Source of the DNA: Lytechinus pictus
Taxonomy: Eukaryota
Length of the DNA stretch: 64,000 nt
Reading direction: 5' to 3'
Assembly: GCF_037042905.1 (NCBI RefSeq)
Contig: NC_087251.1
Location: 37,140,001-37,204,000, forward strand
Positions 43,001-54,892 of this stretch are shown here, in pieces. The stretch's first letter is position 1. The number at the start of each line of letters is the position of its first letter. Below the pieces are notes generated by a model. It saw only the letters and a program-made list of their open reading frames with translations. It did not search any database and was not told the DNA's origin. The translations under genes and the position numbers were made by a program.

Positions 43001-45851
43001 TGCTAGTGTCAGATATGACTTTCATGGCGCTCCACAATTATTTTCCCTAATTTGGCATAGATGCCAATAAGGCACTTGACCATTTCAAGGAATCAGTTAA
43101 CCTGGGTTGAGTGTGGCAAATGTAGATTGATATATTCAAAATATTTTCTCCTTGATCCTGAAGGTATGTTCCAAAACATTTATTTGATATATAGAAGTGA
43201 AATGATATATAAAACTGCCTTCTATAAAGTCAGAAATACACGAACTAATACGATGAACAATGAAAACTTGATTGTCCTTTCTTAATGTCATGTTTCATAT
43301 GTATGTTTTTACACTTCTTACATGTCGTTGATCTAATTTTCATAGAACTAAATCAAGCCTTTACCCTTTTTTTGTTCTAATTTCAAAGCTTGTTGCTCAT
43401 ACAGGAGGATACTCGATCTTCTCTGTGAACAAGCAACCGGTATGTATCTTAGAATACGACCGTTGTTAGTATGAGATGGATTTGGAATCTCTGGATAATG
43501 GTGATTGCTAATACAGAATAACAAAATGAATACTAGTAATGCTCTCTTGCATTCATGAATAGTTAAAAGAATTATGTGAATTTTACAAAAACGGATTGAA
43601 CATCAACAGTAATATACTTTCAATAGATACATAATGATTCTGTTTACATCTGAATCACAACTTTGTATACTTTACTTCATATTCTTTAATCAGGACACAC
43701 TGACTTCTCCCAAGAACTCTGTCATCAAAGTATCAGATGACACACAGGAGAACTATTCGTTGAACAAGGTACGTGAATCAAAGCCCACTTTACACATTAC
43801 CTCTGAGTCTCATTAATATATATTTGAGCTGATGTTCTATAATCTAAATGTGATTTGTTTGCAGTCTCCAGATTTAGTTTCAGTTGTAGAAGCAGATTAT
43901 CTTCTATATTGTTCTCAATATTACAATCATACTTTAGGGGCCTTTGAATATTTGAATATTATTAGACCTGAAATGTCATTTTGAATTTAAAACAAACAAA
44001 TATGAGAGATATGGATTTATCATTAACAGTTAATAATATTCATTTTAATAGGAGCAGTCCAGTGGTATCAATAGCTACAGCTTCCAGCCAAGGATCACAT
44101 CAGCAATCGAATCCACTGTGTCATTTTCTCCTAAGACCATCAATGGATCCGGATCTCATGTCCAACTGACCAACTGTCCTCTGGAGAGTCTGCAAGCAAC
44201 ATGCAAACCATATCAACATCAAGAGCCTTTGAAGACCAAGGCCCCTCCAGTAGCTGACTTTAACTTGGACATGGACACCGATGAATCTGGATATTATACG
44301 CGCCTAAGTCACATCAACGGCATCACTTCTAAAGTTAGGTTGATTAACTTGCTACCAGCTCAAGATAACAACTTGCCAAAAATGACCAATGACGATTCTG
44401 CATCCTCTAATATGTTGCCTGAGATCCAAAGCCAGAACAACATCGGCATGCGCACTCCAAGTGTGAGAATCATTCAAGTAAGACCGGCCGACGACTCTCA
44501 CTTGCAGATCGCTACTACCGGGAAATCTAGTCCTTGTGACCACGCTTTAGGAAATGAGAGTTCAGCTAAGACATGCAACACCGTCAGCAACGCACGCTCC
44601 ATCGCCGTGATACCAGTGCACGAGCCCATGCAAACCGTGGTCAATGGTGAATCTGCTGCACGAGTCCAGAACGTCCTTGATGCAACGAAGGAGGCTGTTG
44701 AGGAAATAAAACATGTTTCCGCTGAAATCATGGTCTACGCGCCAAAGCCTTCTTTTTTGGCAACAAATGACATGCTCCCGATCAAGAACCTCGGACCTCT
44801 TGTCGACCCACTTACGTGGCAGTACCCGGTTCCTCCTCCTAAGTTCCAGAACTGGATCATCGAGCCACTAGAACAGTCAAAGAGCCATCTCCTTCACAAC
44901 GGACAAGGAGAAGATTCTACGGAAAATCTTTTTGATCTGAGCCATGGACCTCCAACCTGTCCCCATGAAACGGATATTGCTACCATATCTGAAGATCTCA
45001 CTGTCGTTCCTGCGGCAAATGGAGGAGATTTTGCCAAGGTGACTTATATATAAAATTCAGATACTAAGCTTTTTAATTCGTGTTTTTTTTTCTCCCAGTG
45101 GATTGATCCATGCTATTGACTAAAACTACTTACCGGGTTTAAAAGATGTCGCGTTCTTTTCTTTTATTTGAAAATATGTATGTATGTATTTAGAGGTTGT
45201 TTCTTAAGTATCGTCTAAATAAGCAGTTATTTCTGTTTTCTATCTAGCCTTCCAAAAAGATCCGAAAAGAACCTTCAAAGAGACGATTCCCCAAAACAAC
45301 CGACCTGGGAATGACTCTGGATACCTCTTCTGATAACCAACAAATGGTAATTAAACAATCTGACCCTAATTAGTAATTACCCTCACAATCATGCCAAGAA
45401 TATACTGTCGCATTTACACAATGAATTACATATTACTCAATATTTCTGACATAAATAGGTAAAGAAGTGAGTTTTATATCGACTTTATAGTAAATGACTT
45501 GGGATCTTTTCATCGGGTTCCGTTCATTAACATGCACATAATATTTGATGTGCTGACTCGGACAAAACATTTCATTACATTTCTTAATTGCAAATGGATT
45601 CTTTAACGAAACTCTATTAATAAACCTTAACTTTTTTTTAATGATTTCAATTGGAAAAAAGGAGAAAAGTGATACATGGACCACGCTAGTCGTTTTACAG
45701 CTCTAATCATTCCTTTAAACAATCATTTTGTCTTATTCAGTTTTACGCTCTTTTTTTTCAGGCTATGGATCTTAAAACAAAGAAGAAGAAGCTCAAACGA
45801 TTCCTAAAGCTCGCTCGCAGACACAAGAACAAGCCTGCGAAGGCGGACTAG
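33900..45851 (+). CDS. TMEM145: TMEM145-like GOLD-domain seven-transmembrane (GOST / intimal-thickness-receptor family) protein; 20 coding exons, 3165 nt, 1054 aa
   Basis: All introns are GT-AG and phases are consistent. Signal peptide, then motifs matching recalled vertebrate TMEM145: AKFKRGEIS (AKYVRGNLS), YPADQCC, LHMTNG, METD, LLHLTYRLF, KGFSITRAQIS (KGFTVTRGRIS), HPRKVPFYLPF, LTRPGRLNKRFPFHLR (MTRPSAANKNFPYHVR). It is divergent and may be a paralog. Confidence 0.9.
35425..35502 (+). CDS. TMEM145: TMEM145-like exon 2
   Basis: DMAFLGYFYFQNREDNVLNYTIKYPA; acceptor ttag, donor gtaagt. Confidence 0.9.
35893..35973 (+). CDS. TMEM145: TMEM145-like exon 3
   Basis: DQCCYRLVIFDESSGQWGSIRPNEDSL. 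Confidence 0.88.
37104..37208 (+). CDS. TMEM145: TMEM145-like exon 4
   Basis: TCRSKLDRVKDLDYKIKLTGLDPTCHVITDDNGFK. Confidence 0.85.
37933..38107 (+). CDS. TMEM145: TMEM145-like exon 5
   Basis: WLVCQDTITFESRQRPQNYFVTLANC...LHMTNGKDGLWTEFAENQK; phase-1 end. Confidence 0.9.
38423..38494 (+). CDS. TMEM145: TMEM145-like exon 6 (TM1)
   Basis: FMMETDLAFFLGYVAMTIVATRFR. Confidence 0.9.
38690..38839 (+). CDS. TMEM145: TMEM145-like exon 7
   Basis: YVLSLRKLLHLTYRLFYSSLFFKTVCLLLL... Confidence 0.9.
39026..39104 (+). CDS. TMEM145: TMEM145-like exon 8
   Basis: AEVFSWLSTVFFVCVLLLVSKGFSIT. Confidence 0.92.
39571..39740 (+). CDS. TMEM145: TMEM145-like exon 9
   Basis: RAQISLPGTVKTIVFGAIYLTFY...LLDPQD...GLIGLKFT. 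Confidence 0.92.
40056..40212 (+). CDS. TMEM145: TMEM145-like exon 10
   Basis: GAIIFVYGCMVTIKNHPRKVPFYLPFAIFFSVWFVAEP... Confidence 0.92.
40868..40988 (+). CDS. TMEM145: TMEM145-like exon 11 (TM7)
   Basis: SPNIWNGIDLALSFAGHAYFLYLTRPGRLNKRFPFHLRAGK. Confidence 0.92.
41324..41476 (+). CDS. TMEM145: TMEM145-like exon 12 (tail)
   Basis: VSFRDIDENVEDLYAPSKDLYSVFQIGK...; phase 0-0. Confidence 0.82.
41722..42018 (+). CDS. TMEM145: TMEM145-like exon 13 (P/S/T-rich tail)
   Basis: VPFNAPSEECLAVLPRPSSPEIP...AAVEIST; phase 0-0. Confidence 0.82.
42495..42545 (+). CDS. TMEM145: TMEM145-like exon 14
   Basis: ASVPNGGFSIFCVQNQP; donor gtgagt. Confidence 0.72.
42785..42856 (+). CDS. TMEM145: TMEM145-like exon 15
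   Basis: DTGTSPVSDSITTEHKKKSQPDEK. Confidence 0.75.
43389..43439 (+). CDS. TMEM145: TMEM145-like exon 16
   Basis: LVAHTGGYSIFSVNKQP; paralogous to exon 14. Confidence 0.7.
43694..43768 (+). CDS. TMEM145: TMEM145-like exon 17
   Basis: DTLTSPKNSVIKVSDDTQENYSLNK. Confidence 0.75.
44052..45038 (+). CDS. TMEM145: TMEM145-like exon 18 (987-bp tail exon)
   Basis: 329 open codons containing ORF 44118-45053; acceptor atag, donor gtgact. Confidence 0.85.
45248..45346 (+). CDS. TMEM145: TMEM145-like exon 19
   Basis: PSKKIRKEPSKRRFPKTTDLGMTLDTSSDNQQM. Confidence 0.78.
45762..45851 (+). CDS. TMEM145: TMEM145-like exon 20 (terminal)
   Basis: AMDLKTKKKKLKRFLKLARRHKNKPAKAD* (TAG); aataaa follows at 46098. 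Confidence 0.8.
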   Translation, partial: AMDLKTKKKKLKRFLKLARRHKNKPAKAD

Positions 45852-46097
45852 TAAACTAACAGATCTCTCCAACCATACGTCAACGATTTCAAAGCAAACC
45901 GGATACTTTTGGGCCATAAACACACCTTCAACTGACTTCAATAATCAATATTCAATATTCTCTGAAAAAAAAAGTTGTTTACCCTTGGATGATGAAACTT
46001 GCAAAAAGTTAGCATAGTGATTGTATTGTATCAAGCTATATATGGAAACTGAAGGCAATTTCAAACTTTTTAATACGTTTTAGTAACGAAATTTAGA

Positions 46098-46103
46098 AAT
46101 AAA
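46098..46103 (+). terminator. Candidate polyadenylation signal
   Basis: AATAAA about 250 bp after the stop codon; alternatives near 46383 and 46510. Confidence 0.35.
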
Positions 46104-47772
46104 ATTATTTTATTCAAGAAAAAGACTAAATATGCCAGATATCCTAAAAAATAACCATCGGTAACTAATGCAAAATAGGAGCATCAAATTTATATAAAAC
46201 TGTTGAAGTTCTTTGTTTCCCATAGTTTAATTTGATACTTCATACTTATTATAGAAATCTCAAATTTGTTTAATTATACCTAAACGTGATATAGAATGAG
46301 AAAAGCTGAAATTCCTAACAGTATCGTGACAAATTGATTCAATGTTGATATATTTGATTACAGAAACTTGAATATGATTTAAAATAAAATTACTGAAATT
46401 AGGGAATTATCAATCAAAGAAATAATATTTTGGAAGCTAGGCACAAAGTAGTATGTAGACAAACTATTTACCTTATAAAATGCCATGTAATTTTGTAAGT
46501 ATCATACTCAATAAAGATATAAAAATGAACCACTTATAACACGTTCTTTTGTCTGAATGTGTGCAGTATGAACAAGAAGTGTATGAGTGTGTATGTGCGT
46601 GTGCGTGTGTGTGTACGTATGTGGGCGGGTGTAGACGTGTATTTCGTATTAAGATCGTAAATATTTGCTACTATTTGACTGGACAAAGCAGTGGCTTCAA
46701 AATAAAGGACACAAAGAAACGGAAAAAGAGGAAAGAAAGCTCATAAATTTTAAAGACTTCCGGTAGTTTCAAATAAAACCGTTTTCAGTTTTGTTTTGAA
46801 AGAATTTAAGGTAGGCTTCTTTAGTCTCAATCCTAAGAGAGCTCCAAAATCTCGGACTGCATATAGGTGAACTACGTTTTAGTAGTTGGGTTTATCTCAT
46901 ATAATTGGATAATCATGAAATTACCAATTAAGGATAGAAAGAAAAGCGTTTCCCCCAAGCAAATATCTCAAAATTTATGTAAGGTAATATTGAATAAGAA
47001 CTGAAAACAATAATAAAGATTAACATGGACAGTGGTGTTTTAATTTGTTGATCACGCCAATGTTCCGAAAAAAATAATCTTAAAGGTAATGTTTTTTTCA
47101 GGGAACGGTTACACCCCTAAAAAAATTATAAAAGAAAAGGACATTTTCCCAGATCCGAATCACCGTTGGAAGTGCCTCACTATAGAATGACTGAATTCTA
47201 GTTTTAAGCAGGCTCAGACACAACTTATTAAATCTTATCCATGACGCATGTTATTACACATTTCTGTGTCATTTAATCTCGAAAATGAAATAAGAAAACT
47301 ATTTTTGTTAAAATGCATTTCCTTACATCACTTCCATCTCTTTTCTATCAGTATACATTTTAATTCAAATCAATTTCGGATTGAGACTTGCAAGGTAACC
47401 TTCCAAAATATCAATTTATTCGAAAAATGGATCCAAGATTTTCCTCTATGCATTTAGCAAAGCTCTTGAACTAGATTGATATTAATTGCACTGAAGTTGT
47501 CAGTAATACCATACCCTCATCAGATCAAATCCAAAATAATCAGTTTATCTTTTTTGTTTGATCCTCATCCAAATTCTATATTTTTTACGATACATATTTT
47601 GGCTGTCCATTAAAAATAAGTGCGTTGGCGGCAAATATACCAATGATATGCAAACTCATTACGTCAATCAATACACATGCACTGGACTTAATCAAATAAT
47701 AATATTTGTGATAGGTTAGCTTAAGTTAATGGTTTTCTGTTTTCGACCACACCCTTTAAAATATTAATTCTC

Positions 47773-48209
47773 TTTCTATCATGGTCATTTCAAACGTTTT
47801 TATAAATATATGGCGTCGAGCACGAGATTCATACTTGGACTGATCGGGGTTTAACTTTAAATTGAAAAGTAAGACCCTTCAAAGTTTTATTTCTATATCA
47901 GGTATGGTCATTTCAAAAGTCTGAAGATGTATACATACGGTGTCAAGGACGAGATTCATATTTGGACTGATCAGGGTTTAACTTTAAATTGAAAAGTAAG
48001 ACCCTTCAAAGTTTTATTTCTATATCAGGTATGGTCATTTCAAAAGTCTGAAGATGTATACATACGGTGTCAAGGACGAGATTCATATTTGGACTGATTA
48101 GGGTTTAACTTTAAATTAAGTTTGACCCTACAAAGTTTTATTTCTATATCAGCTATGGTCATTTCAAAAGTCTGAAGATGTATACATACGGTGTCAAGGA
48201 CGAGATTCA
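47773..48209. repeat. 127-bp tandem repeat, about 3.5 copies
   Basis: ggactgat anchors at 47837, 47964 and 48091. Confidence 0.9.
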
Positions 48210-49157
48210 GAATACAAGGCGAGAGTCAGAACCACTACTCCACGGCTCTTCCACGTGAATTATACTAATTCACTGTATAAAAAAGCAATAACATTTCAAT
48301 ATCAAACGATAAAAGGGAATTATTTTGTTATCAATCTTAGAACACTTCGTAGGTATATTATCCATGTAACTGTGTTGGTATCTATTGGCATCACCGCACA
48401 ACACGTCGTGAATAGGCGTAATAAATCCTACATAAAACTATCATTTAAAAAAGCAAGCCTACATCTAAATCAAATTCAGCGCATTTATTTCTATGTTAAA
48501 GCTAAAAGAACAAAAACGCAGGTCACTGATTACCCCCAAAAAGTGATTCTTAATATATTTCAGTATTATAGTTCGATTGTCTACAATGACAATATTTTGA
48601 CCAACTAAGACGCGAACGTGTTTGAGTGAAGTTCATCTTGTAAAGCACATAGCGAGAACCATGGTCAAGGTGATAGCTTTAATAAACAACGAGGACATCT
48701 CACTCAATATATGTCCAAGAATATAAAACCAATAGGAAGTTCTTCTTTTTATGCTTTCTTATTTCTACGAGGCGAGGAGATCGATGAATGGAGCTATTAA
48801 TACATCGTAAGTCCTCCGTGAACACTCATCACATTTTCTTTTCTTCATTCAACTACAATTAAAAGAATATCGAAACCTGGAATTATTCTATGTAATTGTG
48901 AGCGGAATTAATCTATTTCCACCGTCAAAATTTTCACCTTGATTGCAGATAGACGTCACATTCATACATTCTCCCTGGGGGGGGGGGGGGGAGGGTGGGG
49001 GGGGGGGGCTTGATTTTGTTTTCGTTACATATTCCCTCAAAATGAAACAATGGTCTATGATTGTCAGAAATATTTACTTACTCATTATTCACATTTGGTT
49101 TAGAATAAGAGAATCATTGATTCGTTTTATTTTTTTATTCCAGTTATTAATTGATGT

Positions 49158-49438
49158 GGGGGCGTCGTGGTCTAGTGGTTACGAATCTCGTCTTTCAATG
49201 AAAGGGGCGTGGGTACGAATCTCAGCCACGGCGTGTTTTCCTTCAGCAAGAAATTTATCCACATTGTGCTGCACTCAACCCAGGTGAGGTGAATGGGTAC
49301 CCGGCAGGATTAATTCCTTGAATGCACCAAGCGCCTTTAGCAGCTGGAGCTACAGCCGGGGTAATGTATAGTGCGCCATTGAATAGGAAACAAGATATAT
49401 CGGCGCCTCATAAATGCTATATATTATCATTATTATTA
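49158..49438 (+). mobile_element. tRNA-derived SINE
   Basis: ggggcgtcgtggtctagtggtt A-box, degenerate B-box, body shared with 32550-32831, (ATT)n tail. Confidence 0.85.
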
Positions 49439-52375
49439 ATTTGTAGACAGAAAATAGAAACACCACTTAGAAACATCAGGTTTGAGGCCTCATGAAAATC
49501 AATTATTATTATTATTAACATTATTATTACTATTATTATCATTATCATTATTACTATTATTATCATTATTATTAGAAAGGTTCATAATAATTATGAAAAT
49601 CAAAAGAGTAGTAAGTTTATGGGGGAATGTAATCAATTAAGGTCTGCAGAGCTCAGAAATATAAATAGTTAATGTCAAATGTAAAAACACTGAAAATTGC
49701 CAACAAATGTAATAAAAAGTGTTGCTAGCGTTTATATCATACTATAGTTCAGCGACACCCCCCACACACACATATGTACACTTCCCAAGAACCCTCTCCC
49801 CCCCACAAACACACGCTCATCTACATACACACACTCATCCACACACATACACTCACATGCCACTTGTCCACACACTTCCTCTCTTCTTCCTCCTTTTTCC
49901 TCTCAATTTCCCATTCGCATCTTTCATTTGCATTCCATTCAACCAATCTCTGTAGATCTTAATGTTTTAAAGAATAAGCAGATGATTAATCCTTAAACTA
50001 CTAGTATTTGATCTTAATAGGCCTATCCAAACTTGTCTAATAAGCAATCACTCAGGAGCGTCAGTCAAAAATATCTTGACCCATGCCGAATTAAACTGGT
50101 TAGAGGTGGTAAAAGGTTCAAGCTTTCTGCTCTAGACCGTCTTCAAGTAAAAAAAAAAATTGCTAAATCTGACGATATGAAGCAACAAAAATTATAAACA
50201 TTAATTTAACAATGCACTGATCAACTTTGTGCAAATTTATCGTGGGTATGTTATTAATAAATTGCTCTTGCCTAAAAAGGGGATTTGTAAAAAGAAAACT
50301 TGGTGGGGAGCACTGGTGTAAATGCAAGCGGGGTCGAACTATTGTGTCAACCCCCCCCCCCCCCCCCTTTGAATAGTATGACATCATGAATTTACGCCAG
50401 TAGTGGAGAATTACTAAAGAAAAAAAGGGCACTAAAAAGCAAAAATGTATGAATCATCGCAAACAGAAGGACATTATTTTTAAAATACGAAGTTATTGGG
50501 AGATAAAGGGCACTTGCTTTAGGATTCGGGGAATGCACACTAGCCGGATTAAACGGTATAATGTATATCACGTTTCGAATTTATTTGGACTTAATAAAAT
50601 TGAGCACTTTTCAGTAGGTAGATACGACGCTTACTGGAAATCGGAGGGGCGACTTAAGGGCCCGTGTCACATGCAGAAAGTGGCTTTTCATAATCAGAGA
50701 TGGTAAAAAAAACGGAGACCTCTCAATGTCACTTTATAATATGAAGGCGTATGATCAGGGTAGCCGTGTTAAAGCCGGGGCTATAACATTATCATGTTAA
50801 GCAGGGCCCGCTGGGAGAACAGTTTTCAGAACTGAAGTGGCTACCCTGGGTAAAATATGACGTTATTATTACTATTATTATTATTATTATTATTATCATC
50901 ATCATCATCATCATCATGAAAAGAGGATGATTTGTATATGTACAGGAAAATCATTCACTTTTGAAAAAGGGAACATGACATAGTCTATTATGACATCCCC
51001 GTGAATACGAGATACGTCGGTGAATTATTCCTGGTATGGTAAAGTTTGATTGATGTAAATAGTTTCTTATAAGTTGTATGTTTTCTTAAAGGAAGGGAAG
51101 TCGCCCTTCACTTTTTTTTACAACTACCATGGAGGTAAAAAGTCTTACGATTTGCAAAGCCCTAACCACTTACAAAAATTCAAGCCGCAAGGCTGCGGAA
51201 GCCAATTTAAATTGCAATGAATTCGTTTAATTAATAGCATTGAGTATAGCTTGGAGTATCTACTTCATTTACCACAACTTCCTTTTGAATTGTATATTTT
51301 TTTTCAAGGAAGGAAGGAAGGAAGGGAAGGGCGCCCTCTCACCTCTCATAGCAAATCGTATCCACCTTTTATCTGTAAATATGTATATAATTTACATTTT
51401 GCCTCCAAGGAAACTTCAATCTCGATCAAACACTCCCATGGGTGGGAGGTGGACCCTTAATGGAGTTTCCGTAAATATATTGTATCGATCATCATTTTCA
51501 GGGTTTTTATTGTAACACTTAAGGAAAAAAATAGTGTCAAAGTTGTCAAGGTATTCATCAATTTGTAGAAACATCAAACTTCTATTTGTTATATGTATTT
51601 TATTTTGTATATGAATTGAAGTTGTCAATAGAAAGTACTTAATACAAAAAAAGATTAAGTAAACTTTGGCGTATTAACATATCCCATTAGCTTTTTCCTT
51701 TAACTAAGCGCTACCATCTATTTTGAGGACGGATAATATTTCTGTTCCCTCCATATTGAAAGATTAATATAAATAATTAATTCCGTATTACCAAAAGCTG
51801 AGGAAGGCCTATATTTCGCTTTATCGTGCCTCGTCAATATTTCATGGAAGCTGGTAGGCCTTATACAACAACTAAATGGGTCATACAGTACAAGCTGACG
51901 AGAGTTGATCAGCCTTGCCCGAGGTACATCAGGAAGAATTCGGGTTCATCCGAAACATCAGGATTCTACCACCGGTCACACGCTCATTAAGACAGCCTTC
52001 ACATTTTTGGTTTGAATGATATTTTAATTTTTCTTCAAACAAAAAGAATATTACAATAAATCATTCATAGGAATCAATGCAAATATGAATGGCAAATTAT
52101 ACACGAGTGCTTTCTCCATCAAAATACCTCTTTTCCCCAAAAGAGACTTTTATTCATTTAAATTTTCCTAACCAACTTTTCGTAATAAGCAAACGAAAAT
52201 AGGTAAAAATCATACCAAAAAAGGAAAAAAAAAATATTTGTGTTGGTGATCTACAGTGTGATCGTTTTGTCTTGCCTGCATAGCAGAGCGAGACTATAGG
52301 CGCCGCTTTTTCGACGGCGACGGCGTCAACAATGAAATCTTAACCTAAGGTTAAGTTTTTTTTTAAATGACATCA

Positions 52376-53835
52376 TAATAAGTGGAGCGCCTCTAGCAGC
52401 CTCGTCTGCATACGCGATTCAATATAGCAGCAGTGCTGACATTGAAAACTACTATAAAATAATTATTCACAAAAATTCATACAATGATATGATACGTTTA
52501 TTGACCCTAAATGACATTTGACCTTGATCATGTGACCTAAGGCTTGTCAGTGATACTTGATTACCCATACGTCCACATTTCATAAACTATATCAATAAAC
52601 TTTCAAAGGTATGATGGCAATTCAACAATTACCCCAACATGGCCAAAGTTCATTGGCCTTAAATGACCTTTGACCTCGGTCATGTGACCTGAAACTCGCA
52701 TGGTATATTTAGTGAAACTTGAGTACTCTTATGTCCAAGTTTTATTAATCAGATCCCTAAACTTTCAAATTTATGATGGTAATTCAACAAATACCCCAAC
52801 TTGGCCAAAGTTCATTGACCCTAAATGACATTTTACCTTAATCATGTGACTTGAAACTGATACCCCGTTTAGATCTACCACTCTCTGGTGTCACGCTAGA
52901 CAATCGTCTAGAACGAACACAGCATGAAATTCCATATCAAAACACGAGGTGAACATTGGGGGCCCGTTTAGATCATCTGCGGTAATCGCGAGATACATCG
53001 TCTCCCTTGGACTCGCGAATTGCGTTGTCATGGCAAAAATGCCAATCAACATGCCAATACAAAATAGATATATATATATAATATAACACAATTTTTAGTA
53101 TACATTTTAAAAGTAAAAAATGTCATATTAAATTATTTTTGTCAATATATGTTTGGCAAATCGGCCTCATTGTTTACACGATGACTAGCACGTGCATATT
53201 ATATACGAGAGAAGCGCGCGCTCCGATGAAGGACTTCCGTTTTCTATGCTGCGTTCACGCCGAGACCGTTTAGATCTACAGTCCAACAGTGGATCACGCC
53301 GCGTGATGCTGCGATTGTGCTAGACTGTCTATAGAGTGAATTTCCTCTCGCGATTCCCTCAGATTCGTGCTTTGTGCTAGACCGTTTAGATCTAACGATT
53401 CGTCTAGGACGACCTGCGGTAGCCTCCGAGAGCACTCTTGATTTTTGGTAGATCTACACGGGGTATAAGGCAGGATATTTAGTAATACTTCATTACCCTT
53501 ATGTCCAAGTTTCATGAATATGTTTATATACTTTCTAAGTTATGATGACATTTCAAAAACTTAACGTTAGGTTAAGATTTTGATGTTGATTCCCCCAACA
53601 TGGTTTAAGTTCATTGACCCTAAATGATTTTTTTACCTTGGTCATGTGACCTAAAACTCGGGGATGTTCAGTATTGATTACGCTTATGTCCAAGTTTCAT
53701 GAACTAGGTCCATATACTTTTAATATTATGATGCCATTTCAAAAATTTAACCTTTGGTTAAGATTTAAATGTTGACGCCGCCGCCGGAAAAGCGGTGCTT
53801 ATAGTCTCGCTCTGTTATGCAGGCGAGACAAAAAA
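52376..53835 (-). mobile_element. Second copy of the same family, inserted in inverted orientation within the outer copy
   Basis: gtggagcgcctctagcag...aatatagcagcagtgctgac at the left; gtctcgctctgttatgcaggcgagacaaaaa at the right. Confidence 0.7.
52860..53466. mobile_element. MITE with taccccgt-tagatctacca TIRs
   Basis: ataccccgtttagatctacca ... tggtagatctacacggggtat; internal ccgtttagatc repeats. Confidence 0.75.
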
Positions 53836-54324
53836 GTTTATGGATCTAGTTCAAGAAACTTAGACATAAGGGTAATGAAGTATTGTTGAACATCCTGCAC
53901 GAGTTTCAGGTCACATGATCAAGGTCAAAAGTCATTTAGGGTCAATGAACTTTGGCCATGTCGGGGGGTATTTGTTGAATTTCCATCGTAAAGTTTATAG
54001 AGCTAGTTCATAAAACTTGAAAATAAGAGTAATCAAGTATCACTGAGTATCCCGAGCGAGTTTACAGGTCATATGACCAAGGTCAAAGGTCATTTAAGGT
54101 CACTGATTTTTGGCCATGTTGGGGGTAATTGTTAAATTGCCATCATGACTTTGTAAGTTTATAGACTTGGCTAATAAAATGAGGACCTAGGGGGTAATCA
54201 AATGTCATTGCTCATCGTGCACAAGTCTTAGGTCACTTGACAAGGGTCAAATGTCATTTAGGGTCAATGAACGTAGTAGCGATTCCAAACTAGAAAAATC
54301 AGCAATTTTTGCAACATTTTGATT

Positions 54325-54533
54325 GATTGGTGGGGATTTTTTACCTGATTGCTAAGAAAGCATGAATGCTTGTAAGCAAGCAACCAGAGGACCGACGGCT
54401 TAAGGTCCTCTCCGAAGGACCTGGTAATGAGGATTAATGCCTTACCAAAGGGCACTAGCGCACCAAGTGGGAATCGAACCCGGGTCACCGAAATACGAAT
54501 CCCCCGCTCTACCGACTGAGCTATCGCGCCTCC
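54325..54533 (-). mobile_element. tRNA-derived SINE (second family)
   Basis: Reverse complement reads ggaggcgcgatagctcagtcggtagagcg...ggttcgattccc, followed by a non-tRNA body. Confidence 0.8.
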
Positions 54534-54892
54534 ATTTTCAACCTACTGTCCAAACAAATGAGGAACTTCAATTTATTTTGTGGTACTAGTAATAATAAAG
54601 TAGTCATGTAAAAATTGACAACCAACAAAAATATGTTTTCTGTGGGTGCATTAGAGGTGAAAATGTTGCGTGTCGTACGGAATATTTCCGAGTTCCGTAC
54701 GACAAACAACATTTTTACCTTTAATTCACCCATAATCAAACATTTTTTGTTTGCAATAAGTTTTTCACATGACTACCAACTATAAATTTATTATTGACCA
54801 AAAATAGTTTTTATTGCTACAGCAATCAGCAAAGAGACTAGAAATTGTTTAAGGAATGTCCCGTACGACACGTATGGAATCGCCCTATTATA

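Noticed and set aside
44118..45053. Stand-alone 311-aa gene
   Set aside because: GTG start and flanked by splice sites in phase with neighbouring exons; better explained as exon 18 of the TMEM145-like gene.
54455..54533. Functional tRNA gene (likewise 32760-32831, 49158-49230 and 62110-62180)
   Set aside because: Stems are imperfect and each continues into a SINE-type body; these are SINE heads.
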